Below, piece after piece: positions 25,165 through 38,766 of a stretch of DNA of 64,000 bases (positions are counted from its first letter, which is position 1; every line of letters starts with the position of its first letter). A program made the position numbers and the translations under genes. Under the pieces are notes generated by a model that was not told where the DNA came from, searched no databases, and saw only the letters and a program-made list of their open reading frames with translations. The DNA is taken from the NCBI GenBank assembly GCA_003693705.1, contig RBZT01000373.1:67861-131860 (forward strand), read 5' to 3'. This DNA comes from Polymyxa betae A26-41. Taxonomy: Eukaryota > Protista > Endomyxa: Phytomyxea.

Positions 25165-27298
25165 ATGAAATCGCCCGAGCACACCCAGGTCGAGGACGAT
25201 GTCAAACCGCTGCCGCTTTCGGAGGTGATGACTCCCCCTCCTCATCTACAAACACCAATGTTTTTGGTAGAGAACGTCAGCATCGAACAAGATCTGGCTG
25301 CATGCCTGGGAGGATCCGGTAGCCAATTTGAACCTGAATCCGTTTTGCCTGTTATGCAGCGATCTAATGGGAGATGGTGATCACAAGATCATCGCCGGTT
25401 TGCCATCCCGCAAGCTGCGTGTCTATAAAGGCAAAGCCGTCGTCACCGAGATTGGGTTACTTGACGACCCAACTGCCATGGTCGCTCTGTACCCGGAGCT
25501 ATCAACGCCGCAGACGCCGACCATCGCTGTGGCTTCTGGCTGTCATCTGTATATCTACAGGAATCTGAGGTCGAAACAGTCCCGTCTTGACGCTTAGTCG
25601 ATACCGTCTGATGTTGATGTTAGACCGTTCTTCAAGTTCACGGTACCGATTAGCGAAGTCTGTGCAGAAGAACAGGAACTCTGGCAAAAGATCAGGAACG
25701 ACCCCGAAACGGTCGATGCCGCCATCACCGAATTAATGGCATTACGTCAGGCCGGCAAGCCGTTGACAAATCGCAGCCGATGCCTGGTGTCGATTCAGAG
25801 CGCCGCCATACGAGCCTCATTCATCGAGTCGGTGCGTGACAAACCGTTAGGAAATGTCGCCCCGATTACCTGCCTGGCGTCGTTGAACAAATCGTCCGAA
25901 GATGAACGTGCTGTCAGCTTGGCGGTACTGGGCATAGAATCGGGCCAGATTCTCATCTTAAACCAAGCGGGCATGAAAGTCGCCAAACAGGTCTTTCAAT
26001 GCTGCACTAATATTTAGAGATTTTCCGTTTACTCTTTGTGTCGTTGCCTTTGAAACGTTCCCTGAATGGGGCTTAAAGCTGACAATGAATGGTCTAGATA
26101 GAAATCGGATCAGCACCTGCATTCATCGATACCGGCGGTTTGTTCGACGTCAACTATCGAATTGTTGTCGGATGTCGAAATAATCGCGTCCTAACCATCA
26201 AAGTAAGCGTTCTAATTGAGGAGTTCCAGGAACTGAGCAGATCCTGGAAGTAGAACGGAAAGGTGACCGGGAATCCGATTGAGACCATGACCGAGGTCTG
26301 TGGCGTACTGGTCCTCATCAAACATGTGATTATCGGCTGCATTGGCAGCGTGTTCTATGGCTATCATGTCAAAGGGCATCAGTTGTTTTCAGTTCCATTG
26401 CCCGCTCCGATCAGCGCTATGACCAAGTTCCAGATCCGCCGCGCTTCCAATCTGCAGGGTTCGATGATCGCTTTACGGAATGGCGAAGTCAGCAAATCTG
26501 CGAGCTGTCATTATAATCAATGATTGATTTCGGTGCAGGTTCGCTTTTACGAGAGCAATCAGTTGCTGACCACAATCTGCTGTTCAACAGCAGTGATCTC
26601 CATGCGATTCGGGCAATTCGGGCGCGAAGACGCCAGCGCAGTTCTAATCCTTGAAACGGGAGCCATCGTGATTAAGATGTTGCAACGACAAGCGCAATTG
26701 GAAGCGAAGGCGCCAGCCAAGATCGGAACGGCCGCCGAGCAGGATGTGCCATTGCCAATCCCGAAACGCACTCAGCTGTATGTGGACCAGATGAATCGTG
26801 AACGCGACCAGGCCGTGCTAATGCATCGGGTCTTCCAGCGCGATCTGGCTCGATTGCGGCTGACGACAGCCCAGACTTTCATAAAAGTGATCGGTGATGG
26901 TCATGGGACGCTATCAAACGCGTTGGCGTCAAACCTGCGTTTGAACGCTCAGGTCGTCGTTTCATCACGATTTCACGCCTGATCGATTAACGTCTGCTCA
27001 GGTTCTTGGTATGGGCCCCAAATTTAAGATACGTTTGTCGTTAAAGAACAGCGGGTCGTCTGCCCTCATAAACATTATGGTGGCGCTCATGTTCGATGTT
27101 GATATGTACAATGTATCGCGGTCACTATTGCAGATCCCAGTGATCGTGCCGGCCATCAATTTTTACACAGATGTCGATGTTCAAACCTGCGATAAGAGCG
27201 CAGGGTCTCGCGAAATTCGCATCGCTGTATCCCATCAAAACACATTGTCTTCGCCAATTATCAACGCTGTATTGGTAATGCCTCCTGTTCAATTCTGA
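25165..27298 (+). CDS. BBS1: Bardet-Biedl syndrome 1 protein (BBSome)
   Basis: WLHAWEDPVANL, DLMGDGDHK, AVASGCHLYIYRNLR/PFFKFTVP, RFGQFGRED, PLPIPKRTQLYVDQMNRER, MHRVFQRDLARLRL, C-terminal PIINAVLVMP. Confidence 0.95.
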
Positions 27299-27333
27299 AA
27301 TCGAAGCAATTGGAAAAAAACAATAAAATTCTG

Positions 27334-29404
27334 TTATTGATAAACAGGCTCGAAATCGATATCATGGCCGTGGAGGATTGTCGGCTGCACTGCTGCAGCG
27401 CGCTCTTTCAGAGCTGCTTCGAGTCGCTCAATTCCGGCCAATGCCGTTCTCGATTCTGGAGACATGCTCAACGCAGTATGATAGTGGATTAATGCTCTAT
27501 CGATATTGCCGCTTTGAGCATAAACACCAGCAAGTTTTGTGTGCATCACATCCGATGGATTATGGGCGAGATGTTGTTCTAGCAGAGTGATCGCCTCGGA
27601 GAACTGTTTCTGGCCGATATACAGTTTGGACAATGCCAGGACAGCGTCGACGCATTTGGGATCAATGGAGAGCGCCTTCTTGAACGCCTTCGCAGCTTTA
27701 TCGCGACCTTCAGGCGATCGCGACAAAACGGTTCCGAACAAAGTCAGCGCCCTGGCATTCCTTGGCAATGCTTGAACAGCCGCTTTGGCAATATACAACG
27801 CATCGTTAAATTGAGGCAAAGCGAGATATGATTCAACGAGGCCAGCATAGGCATCTAACTCGCGCCGATCTATATGGAACGCTTGCTTATAGGCCTGAAC
27901 AGCCACTTCTGCACAGCCCATCGCCAACGATATGAACCCTTTCACTAAATAAGACGGCATATGCCGAGGTGCCATTGCAACCGCTTTGTCCAAGAACTTG
28001 ACCGCTATATGAAGCTTAAAACACGATGCCGAACAGCGAACCATTACAAAGCACCTTTCTCCCGTTCACCTCGCTGATCGCAATACAAAGCGACCGCAAT
28101 CCACGGTTGAGGACTGGTCTGATCCAGAGACAGTAAAGATTGGGTTAGGACACCTGAGAAGCCCATAAATCCATGAAAGAAACTACAATTAAAAAACAAT
28201 CACCAAGCTCTGAAGCTTTTCCTCTCATTCGCAGAACCCAGGCGTACATGTCCATATATTCGAGTGCAAATGGATCACATCGATGCGCCATCTCAAATGT
28301 AGCTCGGGCAGCATCTGCATCCGACAGATGCAGTTGGGTTCGAGCACGATGAACCAGAACGTGATGTGTATTAGGAAACTGGAGATTCAGATGGGAGAAC
28401 GCAGCCAAAGCAGAGCGATGCTCATGTAGAGTAGCGCTTGAATGACCTGCTAATAGCTGAACGATCCAGGCATGGGTGGACTTCTTGTACAATGATGAAA
28501 CTGCTGATGCATCACCACCCAACTACGTGCCATCTTTGTTAGAAAAATGAAGTTAAAAGAAAAAAGCATTTGCAAGCCAAGCCAACACCGCATATTATGA
28601 ATTAAGATTAAATGTCCCTTTAGCTATAAATCATGTTATAAAAAATCAAAAGAAAACAGCTTCAAAGCCAAGAGATAAACCAGCAGTAAGATACCCGAAT
28701 AATGGCTATAGCGGCACTGATCGCCATTGGATTTGCATCCAGAACCTTTTGATATGCAGCGCTGGCTGTTTTGACACGACCGAGGCGCTCATATAATGTT
28801 GCCATGAGATTCCAACAAGAAGCGCTTTTTTGTTGGATAGGTTCCAGCGCCTCCAGAGCAAGTTTTACAGAGTCAATATTGGACTGGTTGGTGGAAGTCG
28901 ACTTTAAACGAACATACGCTTGAGCAATCTTCATACGTATACAATCGTCATTAGCGATGCGGGGATCAGCAGACGAATATCTTAGAAGTTGACTGGTTTG
29001 CAAAGCGTCTTCGTACTTGGAAATCGCGCGACGATATTCGCCTTTACCAGCGAACGCTTCTCCCAGCAGCACTAAAGAGTCTGGCAAAAAAAAATCAGAA
29101 TTTGACTAGAAGAAAATGATTGAACAGGAAGGCCAGACTCGAAACTGACAGAGCAGTTTAAGCAAACAGAATTTGAAGGATTATAAAACAAGTTTACCTA
29201 ACCGATGAGATCGAGTCGAGCGTCATCAGAGCCGGACGACGATTGCTGACGGCGAGCTTCCGTGACAAGAAACTGGCCTAGAATGACAGAGCTGTCGTAG
29301 AGGCCCTGCTGGACCAGGTCGGTGACATGCGCCAGCAGGGCGAGGTTGGAGCCAGGCGACGCCCAGGACCCTGTATTGTTAGATGCCGGTGCTAATGCTG
29401 TCAT
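27334..29404 (-). CDS. ANAPC7: Anaphase-promoting complex subunit 7 (TPR protein)
   Basis: LVQQGLYDSSVILGQFL N-terminus, GEYRRAISKYEDALQ, YMDMYAWVL, YAGLVESYL, PRNARALTLFGTVL...EGRDKA, ALIHYHTALSMSP. Confidence 0.85.
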
Positions 29405-29717
29405 GAGCAAGACGATTCTGCGCTATTGTCATCACCTTGTATGCGACAAAGCAACCTTCAACTTGAAACATAACATTTATCATCATGGAGATATCATAGT
29501 TGCTTCCACAGACGTCGAAAAAGTTTTCGGTTGTTGCTCAATTTGGTGTCAAATTGAGATCTAACAGATATGGAATGGTAGTCAGAAGTAATGTTGAGGA
29601 AACATTTTTGGTTTAAGGTTGAGACTGAATCATGCAAACGAGATCCAAGGCGAGTCATGCATAGCAATTCGGGTTAAGATGGGCAGAGGCGACAGGTTAT
29701 ATAAGACAATATATTAA

Positions 29718-31789
29718 TTAACGAATGCTGAGCTTATGTAGCTTCTGCTCCAGCTTCGGTTCGTTTCTTTTGCTAGCGAACTTCGTGTTGGACTTGACAG
29801 TTTCGAACACCTTCCAGAATCGCAGAGTTTCGTCAGCGGCTGCAGAGCAAACGGTCGTGCCATCGTTTGAAACGGCAAGATGCAAGATACGAGCAGAGTG
29901 CCCCGTCAAGTCGGTAACTTTCGCTAAAGAAGGATATTTCCAAAGCGAAAGTTGATTTTTCGAGAACCCATGAGCAGAAAGTATTTCGTTCTCATGTGGA
30001 TTCCAGACAAGACCGCAGACCTAAATCGATTACGTTCCATTCAATATACGATAACATTCATCATTACCTGCGAATTCGTATCGATTGCATTTAAACAAGA
30101 GCCAGATGCTGTATTCCAAAACCGAATATGACGGTCAGAAGTACCACCTCCCGTAGCCAACAGATTCCGAGCATGAGGAGACCAAGCAATTGCCTGAAGC
30201 AGGACGTAATCAGAATTGTTTGATATAGATTTGCATTGATGATATCATGAAAAAACAGCCCATAGTGACAGCATTACGAACCTTAACAGCAGCAGTGTGA
30301 TGCGTCAAGGTATGCCTTGGTGATTGAGATTGATTCAGCTCCCAAATATTACAAATATTATCATTCCCACCAGAAGCCAGCTGGGTTCCATCCTGGCTCC
30401 ACGACAAGCCACAGACCTAAAGGGAGGTTAAAGTTTCAACCAACCCAATGCTATGTCTGCCAACCTCCAGTGAATGGCCTCGGAATGTCGATATGTGATG
30501 ATCAGAAACTCGCACGTCGTGATTGATGATGGAACTATCACGAGATCCGCTCGATAAGATATGCCTGAAATTCCAATTACTTCAATACAGCTGCAGCCAA
30601 ACGGATTACTTATTCCATGCAAGAGAGCACACGCGACCTTGTTGTCCTCTCATCACACGAACCTTCCGCTGTCGTTCAACATCCCACAGTTGCACCTGCT
30701 TCGATGTCGTTCCAATTGCTAAATGGGTTCCGGAAGACATCCACGATAATGATGTCAAGTAATCCTATCGTATGATGAATGCAAAACCCAAAACATGGAA
30801 ATAAACTACTTCTGGATCAGAGGTCTCCATCAGTAGCTCAATGTTTCCAGTTTTTGCATCCCAAAGATACAGTGATTGACCAAGACCGACAGCAAGGATG
30901 CCTTTCGCAGACCTAAAGATCAAGTTAAAAGTTACCACAAAGTAGATTGGAGAAAGCAAATAAGAAGAGACACAAGCTATGGGCAAAGCAGAATAAGTTA
31001 ACCACGACAGAACAAACGTTCGAAGGTTGAAGGACTCAATTACCAATCCAGCAGATTTACATAATAATCATCGAGCAAATCGGGCGCATCGAGCACTCGC
31101 TCTGCTGACGATGGTATAAACCGGTGCTTCTTTCCTGAGAGTTTTCTTCAGATACGTGAATCAACTTGGATTTCATCCCGGACCTTGGGTTTGATTTGAG
31201 CCGGGCATCATATACCGATTTTGAGTGTAAAGAACGCGAAGGTTGTTTTGATGGTGAATTGGCGGTGCCGGGGCCTTCTGGCGAAACGATAAAATTCTGA
31301 CGCCAGGTGCATTATTGTTGCTCGAAGTTGAATTGGAATCTGAGAACAGAGATGCTGCAAGTTGGTTCTGAAACCTGTAAAACGTTTGAGAGACTAAAAG
31401 GACCTTCGAGACATTAGAATCTTTTGAGTACCAACAGCATCGCCGTTTTGACAAACGACCAAAAAATTGCAGCAGAAGTTCATCAAATGCTGTAAAAAAA
31501 CATCACCGTTCTTCTGAATCCACACTGCCGTCTAATAATGGCTGCCAGTTTTCCTTGATACCCTGAATCTGATTTAGATGAGACACAAACTTGCAATCAA
31601 AAATTTTTGAATAAATATATCACAGACTTTGGAAGGCTGCTGAATCGCATGAATCTGCAGATCCGGATCCAGATTGGAACGTATCGGAATAAAGCGATCG
31701 GAGCAGGGCGTCGCTGAAACCGCATTCGGCGTCTTGGGACGGAATGGGGTTCGGTTCAAGTGTCGTCCAGGGGTGGCACCATTTTCCAT
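29718..31789 (-). CDS. CDC20: CDC20/Fizzy APC/C coactivator
   Basis: C-box DRFIPIR, KEN box, [10 protein letters not shown] (Mad2-binding motif), [22 protein letters not shown]40 repeats, AADETLRFW and C-terminal IR tail. Confidence 0.95.
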
Positions 31790-32069
31790 GATGTCGTAAG
31801 CTAGAGCAACTGAGAAATTTGACAGTCACAATGCAGATCAAGATGATATGACAATCCCAGAAGCTGCCAGATTGCCGATTAACCAGGAGATCGAAATGGG
31901 AAAGGGCAATGTTTGAGGATCCGAGATAAGGAGGCCGCAGTCCGACTGAGGCAGGTAACTCCTTTACCTCTCGAAGGCAAAAGCAAATCTGAACTATCTA
32001 GATAACCTACCTACACAGCTTAAAGACGCTAGAATATACAGCAACTAAATTAGGGTTTACTACATTTAA

Positions 32070-33907
32070 TTATTGACGGCTGCTCATTGAAGCGATGGCG
32101 GATTGCCACGAAGCAATCATCTAACAAGCAGATGACTCTGTTACTTATCGTTTAAAGCAGAACTCATACCTTTTGACTGTGGGCTATCTGGATTTGGGCG
32201 AATGATTGTGCTAAGCGTTTCAGCACGGTCTGCTCTTCACTCTGAAACTGTTCACAATCTCGCTGGATTTCCTCAGTTACGCGTTGCAACATGGAGGCGA
32301 GCTCAGATCTAATCTGTTCTGCGCGGGACACTTCCTCTAAGTCTTCGTAAGTGCCCAGAGTGTTTCATCTCACAAAGGAATTTGTTTACCCTGTGCCTCC
32401 GACAGTTTATCGCTGGATAGCCCTTTTTTCTGAAGCTGATCTAGTTTCATTTGCTTGTTTTTAACATCAAGGGTGGCTTGCTGTAGTGCACCCAAAGCAT
32501 TTAAGCGCGCTAAAATGCTATCACGATGCAAGATATTCGCAAAATGGTAATCGTACCCTGAAGAGCCTCTTCAACCGATCGTAACTGGTCAATAAGGTCT
32601 CGAAGAGGTTGTTTAAACCCGGAATATTCCCTATCGAGATGGTGGGAAACCAGAACAGATGTTCGATCAGCGCTGAGACCTGAAATGGAGTTCTTAGCAA
32701 TCTCAATGTAGAAACCCTTGACATACCGATTTCGTTTACGAAAACGCTGGAATCGTGATGTTCTCGTTTAAGCTCATGATCTGAAAGCACCGTCAAAGAC
32801 AGGCCAAAGTTTCCCCACCATTGGGCGGATTCTAAACTCCCCATTTAGAGTGTTGCTACAAAAACCATTTGAAAACCACCTTTATAAGAACCGGCTAATC
32901 CTTGATATGCACTCAAGCAATTATTAGCGAGAGTTAAAGATTGAGATACGCTCTCAGCCATGCGTTCGAATTTCAGATCAACTTCAGATTTGACCGCAGT
33001 TGCCCCGGGTCCCAAAATCGACTCCTGAACCTACAAAACACTTACGCCTTTAAAAGCACAGCTCGGATCAACACAAACCGATTGGAACTTCTGACTGAAG
33101 AAGTTGATTAAACCCGCAGAGGCCAAGGCCAGCGTCGGCTCTTGAATTGTTCGTTCTTGTTTTGCCAGCTCAAGGTCCTACATGAACTTAACAGAAGATG
33201 ACTTAATGATTTACATCGCTTACACTGTTCTGAGCAGATAAAAAGACGTCAAGGGAAGTACAATGCCTCAGCCTAGGATGGGAAATAATCCGTTCCATAA
33301 AAAGATTTAAGCCGCGCTGACGTTTCTCGATGAAATTCGATTGCATGGTGCCTGTTTTTGGTCAGCAAAGAAGTGAGAATAAAACGATAGTCGTACCAAG
33401 AACAGATTTTGTTGGTAAAAACGGAATTACACAACCAGGGAATGATCGCTGTAGCTCTTGCCTGAGCCAAACGAAGTCTGAGAATCGACGACGGACGCAG
33501 TCGTGTCGAACGCTGGCATTCGACGAGACCCGCTGTAAGATCGGATTTAAAATATGATACATTATGTAATTCCTTTGACCTACTTTAGACTCAACTGCAT
33601 AATATAGCACATTATTGCTGCCTTGTCGCTGTGGATCGAAGACCCGAACGCTTCGGATGCCAGTTTGATCGGCCTGTATTGTCAATAAATTTACGGTTAA
33701 GAAAGAGCAGGCAGGAGGGGTCAGTTTAAGCAACAAAACAATCTAGTTCGAAATCCGAAATCACATAAATAGCGATGACAATTATACAGGCAAAGGCGAT
33801 GATGTTTTTTGAACTGTCTGCTCGGAACGAAGATCAATTTCATGAGAAGGCGGAGCCGGAATATCATTATCAAGTTGAACACGAGTGAGCCGTGTAGGGT
33901 TTGACAT
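32070..33907 (-). CDS. PX-BAR sorting nexin
   Basis: VRVFDP...YYAVES/CVRRRFSDFVWLRQELQRSFPGCVIPFLPTK PX motif; a later BAR-like helical region (RVTEEIQRDCEQFQSE); ends MIASWQSAIASMSSRQ*. Confidence 0.85.
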
Positions 33908-34287
33908 GGCGCGACGCGCGGCGACGATGATTTCTCCGATCGGAGACCAATGAATGCCCAATAATACCTGATACTTCGCAGGGAAGCCTCAATTTGAACA
34001 GGAAAGCCTCGGTGGCCGATTTGCGATGTGGCCGATTTAGGATGTGAGGCCCAGGAAACTCCTTGGGTTGCCAATTACTGTTCATAATGACGTATGTATG
34101 AAGCGACGTGACTGTTCATGCCATACCATTAGGTAATGGTATTTCAGGCCATTTTGTCATGGCCCCATGGCCTCAATAAGACAATACAGTTCATACCCAT
34201 TAATACACACCACCACCCCTAGGACACAGCCGTTCCTATATCTGTACACAGGCGGCGGATTTGCTATAACACTTTAAACATATTCGG

Positions 34288-37200
34288 CTAATTTATTGTA
34301 ATGAGCGCTGCGAAATACATCCACAGTGAACCGACGCCATTGGGATACGGGTATATATAAACCGCTCTTGCAAACGTCAAGTTCTGATTGTCATTGTCGT
34401 GAAATTTCATTTCGTGTAAAGCACGTATGATCGGATTGTTGATAGAGTTTTCTAGGATACAGTCGTCGCCCGCGTCTGGAAAACAAATCGGGAAGCCATA
34501 CATGCCTGTGAAAAGAGATCGAATTTTGTCAATATCCTTGTTATCTGGCAGCGCAGATCTGCCTTGTGCGACAAATTCCAGGCTCTGCAATGTCTCTCTC
34601 AGAATCTGGCTCACACCCGAATCGAAGTAAGTAGGCAATGCTCGCCAAGATATAAACTGACGCTCGACGATTCTTTCCACAGCCTGTGCACGCTGAACGT
34701 AGTATGTATCTGGATATACTAAGTACACCGGCGGATTACGATAAATTGATTCGGAGGCCTTCGATTCCGGAAATGAACGTGTGAAAAACGGTTTCCACAG
34801 AGAGGGATTGTCGAGCTGATAGGAGATCTTACCAGGCAACGACTCTGACTGTATATTGGCCCATATATTACGATGGTTGAAAACGCATCCCACTGATACT
34901 AATGGACACAACGCATCTGAATAATCGTACTTATCGCCAGTAACAGCATTGATTAGTTGTGTCTCTTTGACGATTCCATGAAGACTTTTATTTCGCAACA
35001 CCATGCAAGTCTGCCCTTCAGGAATAGCCATACCCATAACGACATACGTGTGCCAAACAAAAACACCCGACTGATACAGAGCTTCACTAGCTAGGAAATA
35101 ATTTGCCAGTAAGATTGCATGTTCTTCCCAATCACCAGCGAGCAGCTCGAGAAATTCGGATGAGCTACACCAAATGTCACGAGGAGAACTTTCAATGCCC
35201 AGGTGAATATCATGTAAGAAAGGTATACGCGATACGAAACGAATATATTCCTCTTCAGTCAAAGATAGAGGGGGCGATAACGGTGTGACAAAATGGGGTA
35301 TGAATGCAACATTACCTGTAATATCTTGCACAAGGGCTCTTATAAAACGATCTTTACATTGAGGTAGCGATTTGACGCTCGAAAGCCAGTCTGATGCATA
35401 ACGGTAGAGACGAGCTTTCTGTACCCATTCGTGCGATACAAAAGGCTCCTGAGGCAACGACAATAACGGATCCAATGTAGCAAAGATGTACAATATCGTT
35501 GGTCTTGTAGGCTCAATAAACTCATATCCGAGATTCGTTAACGGTATTTGCAGACGGAGATGGCCTTCGATTTTTTGATTAAGATAAATCGTAGTTAGCG
35601 GGATACTAACTCGGCCAAGCCATCGTCTTTCGACACGATGTATGCTCGTATTTGTCAGCCGAGAATCGTTTGCGCGTTCTTGTGACTTCACATGATCGAA
35701 CAGGTTCAGCGTGATTTCGTCCCGCATCGAAAGAATCGACGAAGGTGAAAAACTTCCATTAGGCGGATGTAAAGGCATAATGAGAGTCTCATTCCAGCTC
35801 GGATGAGGTCCCATTACAGTGTTTGTCGATTTCGTCTCCTGCTGGAAAGACACTTCGATCATTGCTTCAACCCTTTCGTTGAAGTCACTTATATCAACTC
35901 CATCCTTGTCGGCTTTCCAGTAATCACTCATCGCCACGCTTGGGCGCGACTTTCTATTAGGATCGAGACGAATCGGGACATTTTGCGCACGAATAGCCTG
36001 GATGATAATTGAACACGATGAAGGGTTTCCTGTTACAATTCGATGCTCTCTATCAGGCCGTAATTTCCTGCTGGGAATGCAAATGTTTTCAAAAAAGTTG
36101 CTGCTGACGGTCATTTGCGGGAGAGCATTCTCACGAACAACTTCTGAGACATTGGTGACAAAGGACTCCTGACCTTCAATTCCAATATAGTCTGATTCGG
36201 TTTCAAACATATGTTCTGAGATGTGGTCGTCGATTAACGGCACCAAATCATCGAATAGATGAAGTTGATTACGTTTGGTAAGGATTTGACGACGTGCTGA
36301 CGTGACAGCATATTGCGGATTTATCAACGATAACTCAGGGATGAGCTTCCACGATTCGAAGAACTGGCTGCTTTGCTGAGCAGCGATGCGTCTATGCAAC
36401 TCCAAAACAGGCAGATTTCGCGGATCGTTTGGGTCCAATTCTTTCACCCATTGGCCTCCTGCCACTTTATCAATGTTGAGACGGTGATTGGAAACATCGA
36501 AGCCCTTCTTTGGCTTTATCGTTATGTTTTCATCCCAAGTGATAGAAAGCACCAGGTCGCCTGCTGTAACCCTTGGCTCTGAAGCCGGTGGCCAAAATTC
36601 GCATTCGTCTTTCTCTGGAATGACTATTTTTGAGGAGCTTGCAAAGGCATATTCTGTGATAACAGAGGCAGCCTCTGGAACCGGTATACCAATAAAAGTA
36701 GTTGAGAGAACTGTCTGGCGTTTCATCATGCTATCTTGTCGATAAATCTTGATAGCAATATCCTCAGGAACACTTAGCACTTTAAGCTCGAAGGACTGAT
36801 TAAACTGAACAAAGAACCCAGGAAATGCTGTAGGTTGAGCAGGAGTCTGGCAAACTTTTTTACCGTTTACAAACAGCTTCAGGGATATATGAGAACTTCG
36901 TATTCGATTCCGTCGAGATAGCTCCCAAACTGAACAGTCTTCGTCCGGCGTAACTTGATGCGACCGATCGAGTATCGGTTCATAATCGGGCTGCCCAGGT
37001 TTTCTTCGGTTGAGCCGCATCTGCTTACTTATAGATGTTCGAGCTTGTTCATAATCAAATTCTGGTATGGTTCCATCACCAGCGATCTGCGATCGAAGAA
37101 TATGCAGGATAGCAAGATCCTCAATGGATTGCTCCAGATCGTTGTCCCATTCGCGCTGGTCAGAATCTTGGTCATGCGGTATTTCTTTAACATGCAATCT

Positions 37201-38684
37201 CAACTTTGTTCCAAAATACATTTGGCCTGGCTGCGATAACTTGGATGGCGATAGCAGCATTGCGGAATATCGACGTCTCCATTCTTTTAAATTTTGCCAA
37301 ACGTCGTAAATACGAGCGAATAAAAATCGTGTTTCGCCCTGCTCCAATTCACGATTCTTGGTCAACGACAGAATATTTTCAAGGATTGACACAAGCCTTT
37401 TGCGATGAGTACTTAGAGTAATTTGGTCAGAATTGGAACTGATGGCGTCCGATTCCTTCAGCGCCATCTGTCGGAGGAAGCGAATACGGTCTGAATGATA
37501 ATTTTGAAGATTTACAACAGCTCGCTGGTGATATTGCTCCATGAGACTTTCAAGTTCAGCTGAGAGAGCGTCTTCTTGGGTGAATAGGTCATGCATTTGA
37601 AAAACTATTCGATTTAGGTCGAGTTTAAGACTCAGCCAGTTGTCGCCGTCGCTGATTCGTACCGGTCGCACGATATGTACGGGCAAGCTGCCGTTAGCGT
37701 ATTTCTCATCTTTAACAATTCGTAAGCGTAACGGCTGCAATGGATCGGATTCGACGTTATCATAAAAGCTTTGTTCAGTTGCCTTTTCTCGACAAATTCT
37801 TCCAGTAACAATGTTGATATTCTGTCAGTATATCAGATTAATTGGTATCCTCTACCAATTATTACCTCTTCTGTGATTTTAGGTTTTAATGAAGTATATA
37901 ATCCTTCGGTCTGCCAATCAGAAGCCTTCGATTTATTGAGTAAAACCAAGGGTTGTGATGATTGCTCGTCATGGTGTTCGTTGATCACAGCACGCTGCAA
38001 GATGACCCGTTCGCTAAGTGATTGGTATTGTTTTGGTCTATCTGAATTATTAGACTTGACTGCATCGCTGCTAGCACAACAAAACACCTGACAATCCAAA
38101 GTCGTTCGGGTTCGATCCAGAGCTCGGGTTCAGGCTCAGGCTCATTTATTGAGGGAGGGTCTGGCTCCGGCTGATCAATTGCATTGGTGTGATCGACCGG
38201 GACGAGATTGAGTTCATTGAGTAGGCGCAGGACACGCTCTTGGGCAGGTTCGAAGGAAAGTGTGACCATGGGCATGTCAGGAGACCAGTTCCATGATGAA
38301 AGATGCCTTTAAAGGACAGAGCAAACGAGAAGCACGTCACGTTACATCTCCAGGAGGCTGCTGCAGTTCTGTCACGCTCATGATATCATCGAGGATCATT
38401 CGGTATTCAGCAATAACGACAGACTGAAGCAATCGATTGTAGTGGTCTACGACCACAGTCTCTCGTTCGTTATGTATAAAAGTATGTGCTCTAACCAAAG
38501 TATGGATCATGGGATCAATCATCTACATATCGTACTGGTGGTATCTGAACTTTACAAGCTCACACTCCTGGGTAACGTTTCCTATGAGTATTAATCGAGC
38601 AACTTCATTGTGATCTTCTAAATGTACTTGTGAAGCGAATTTACATGATCCCTTCGCCAGTGACTTTTTTCGATGTCCCATCAT
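34288..38684 (-). CDS. CC2D2A: CC2D2A/MKS6 ciliary transition-zone protein; 5' exons approximate
   Basis: LDPNDPRN, RKLRP.R, C2 domain (IIQAIRAQNVPIR...GPHPSWNETL...WLGRVSIP), RFVSRIPF, GDWEEHAILLANYFL, NIWANIQ, C-terminal YPNGVGSLWMY. Confidence 0.92.
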
Positions 38685-38766
38685 GCCCTAAAAACCCAAC
38701 TTTCAGGAAATCATGTTTCTTCTTTGCCATATAGGAGCCCGAGCATCAAACATCAAGAAAGATACA

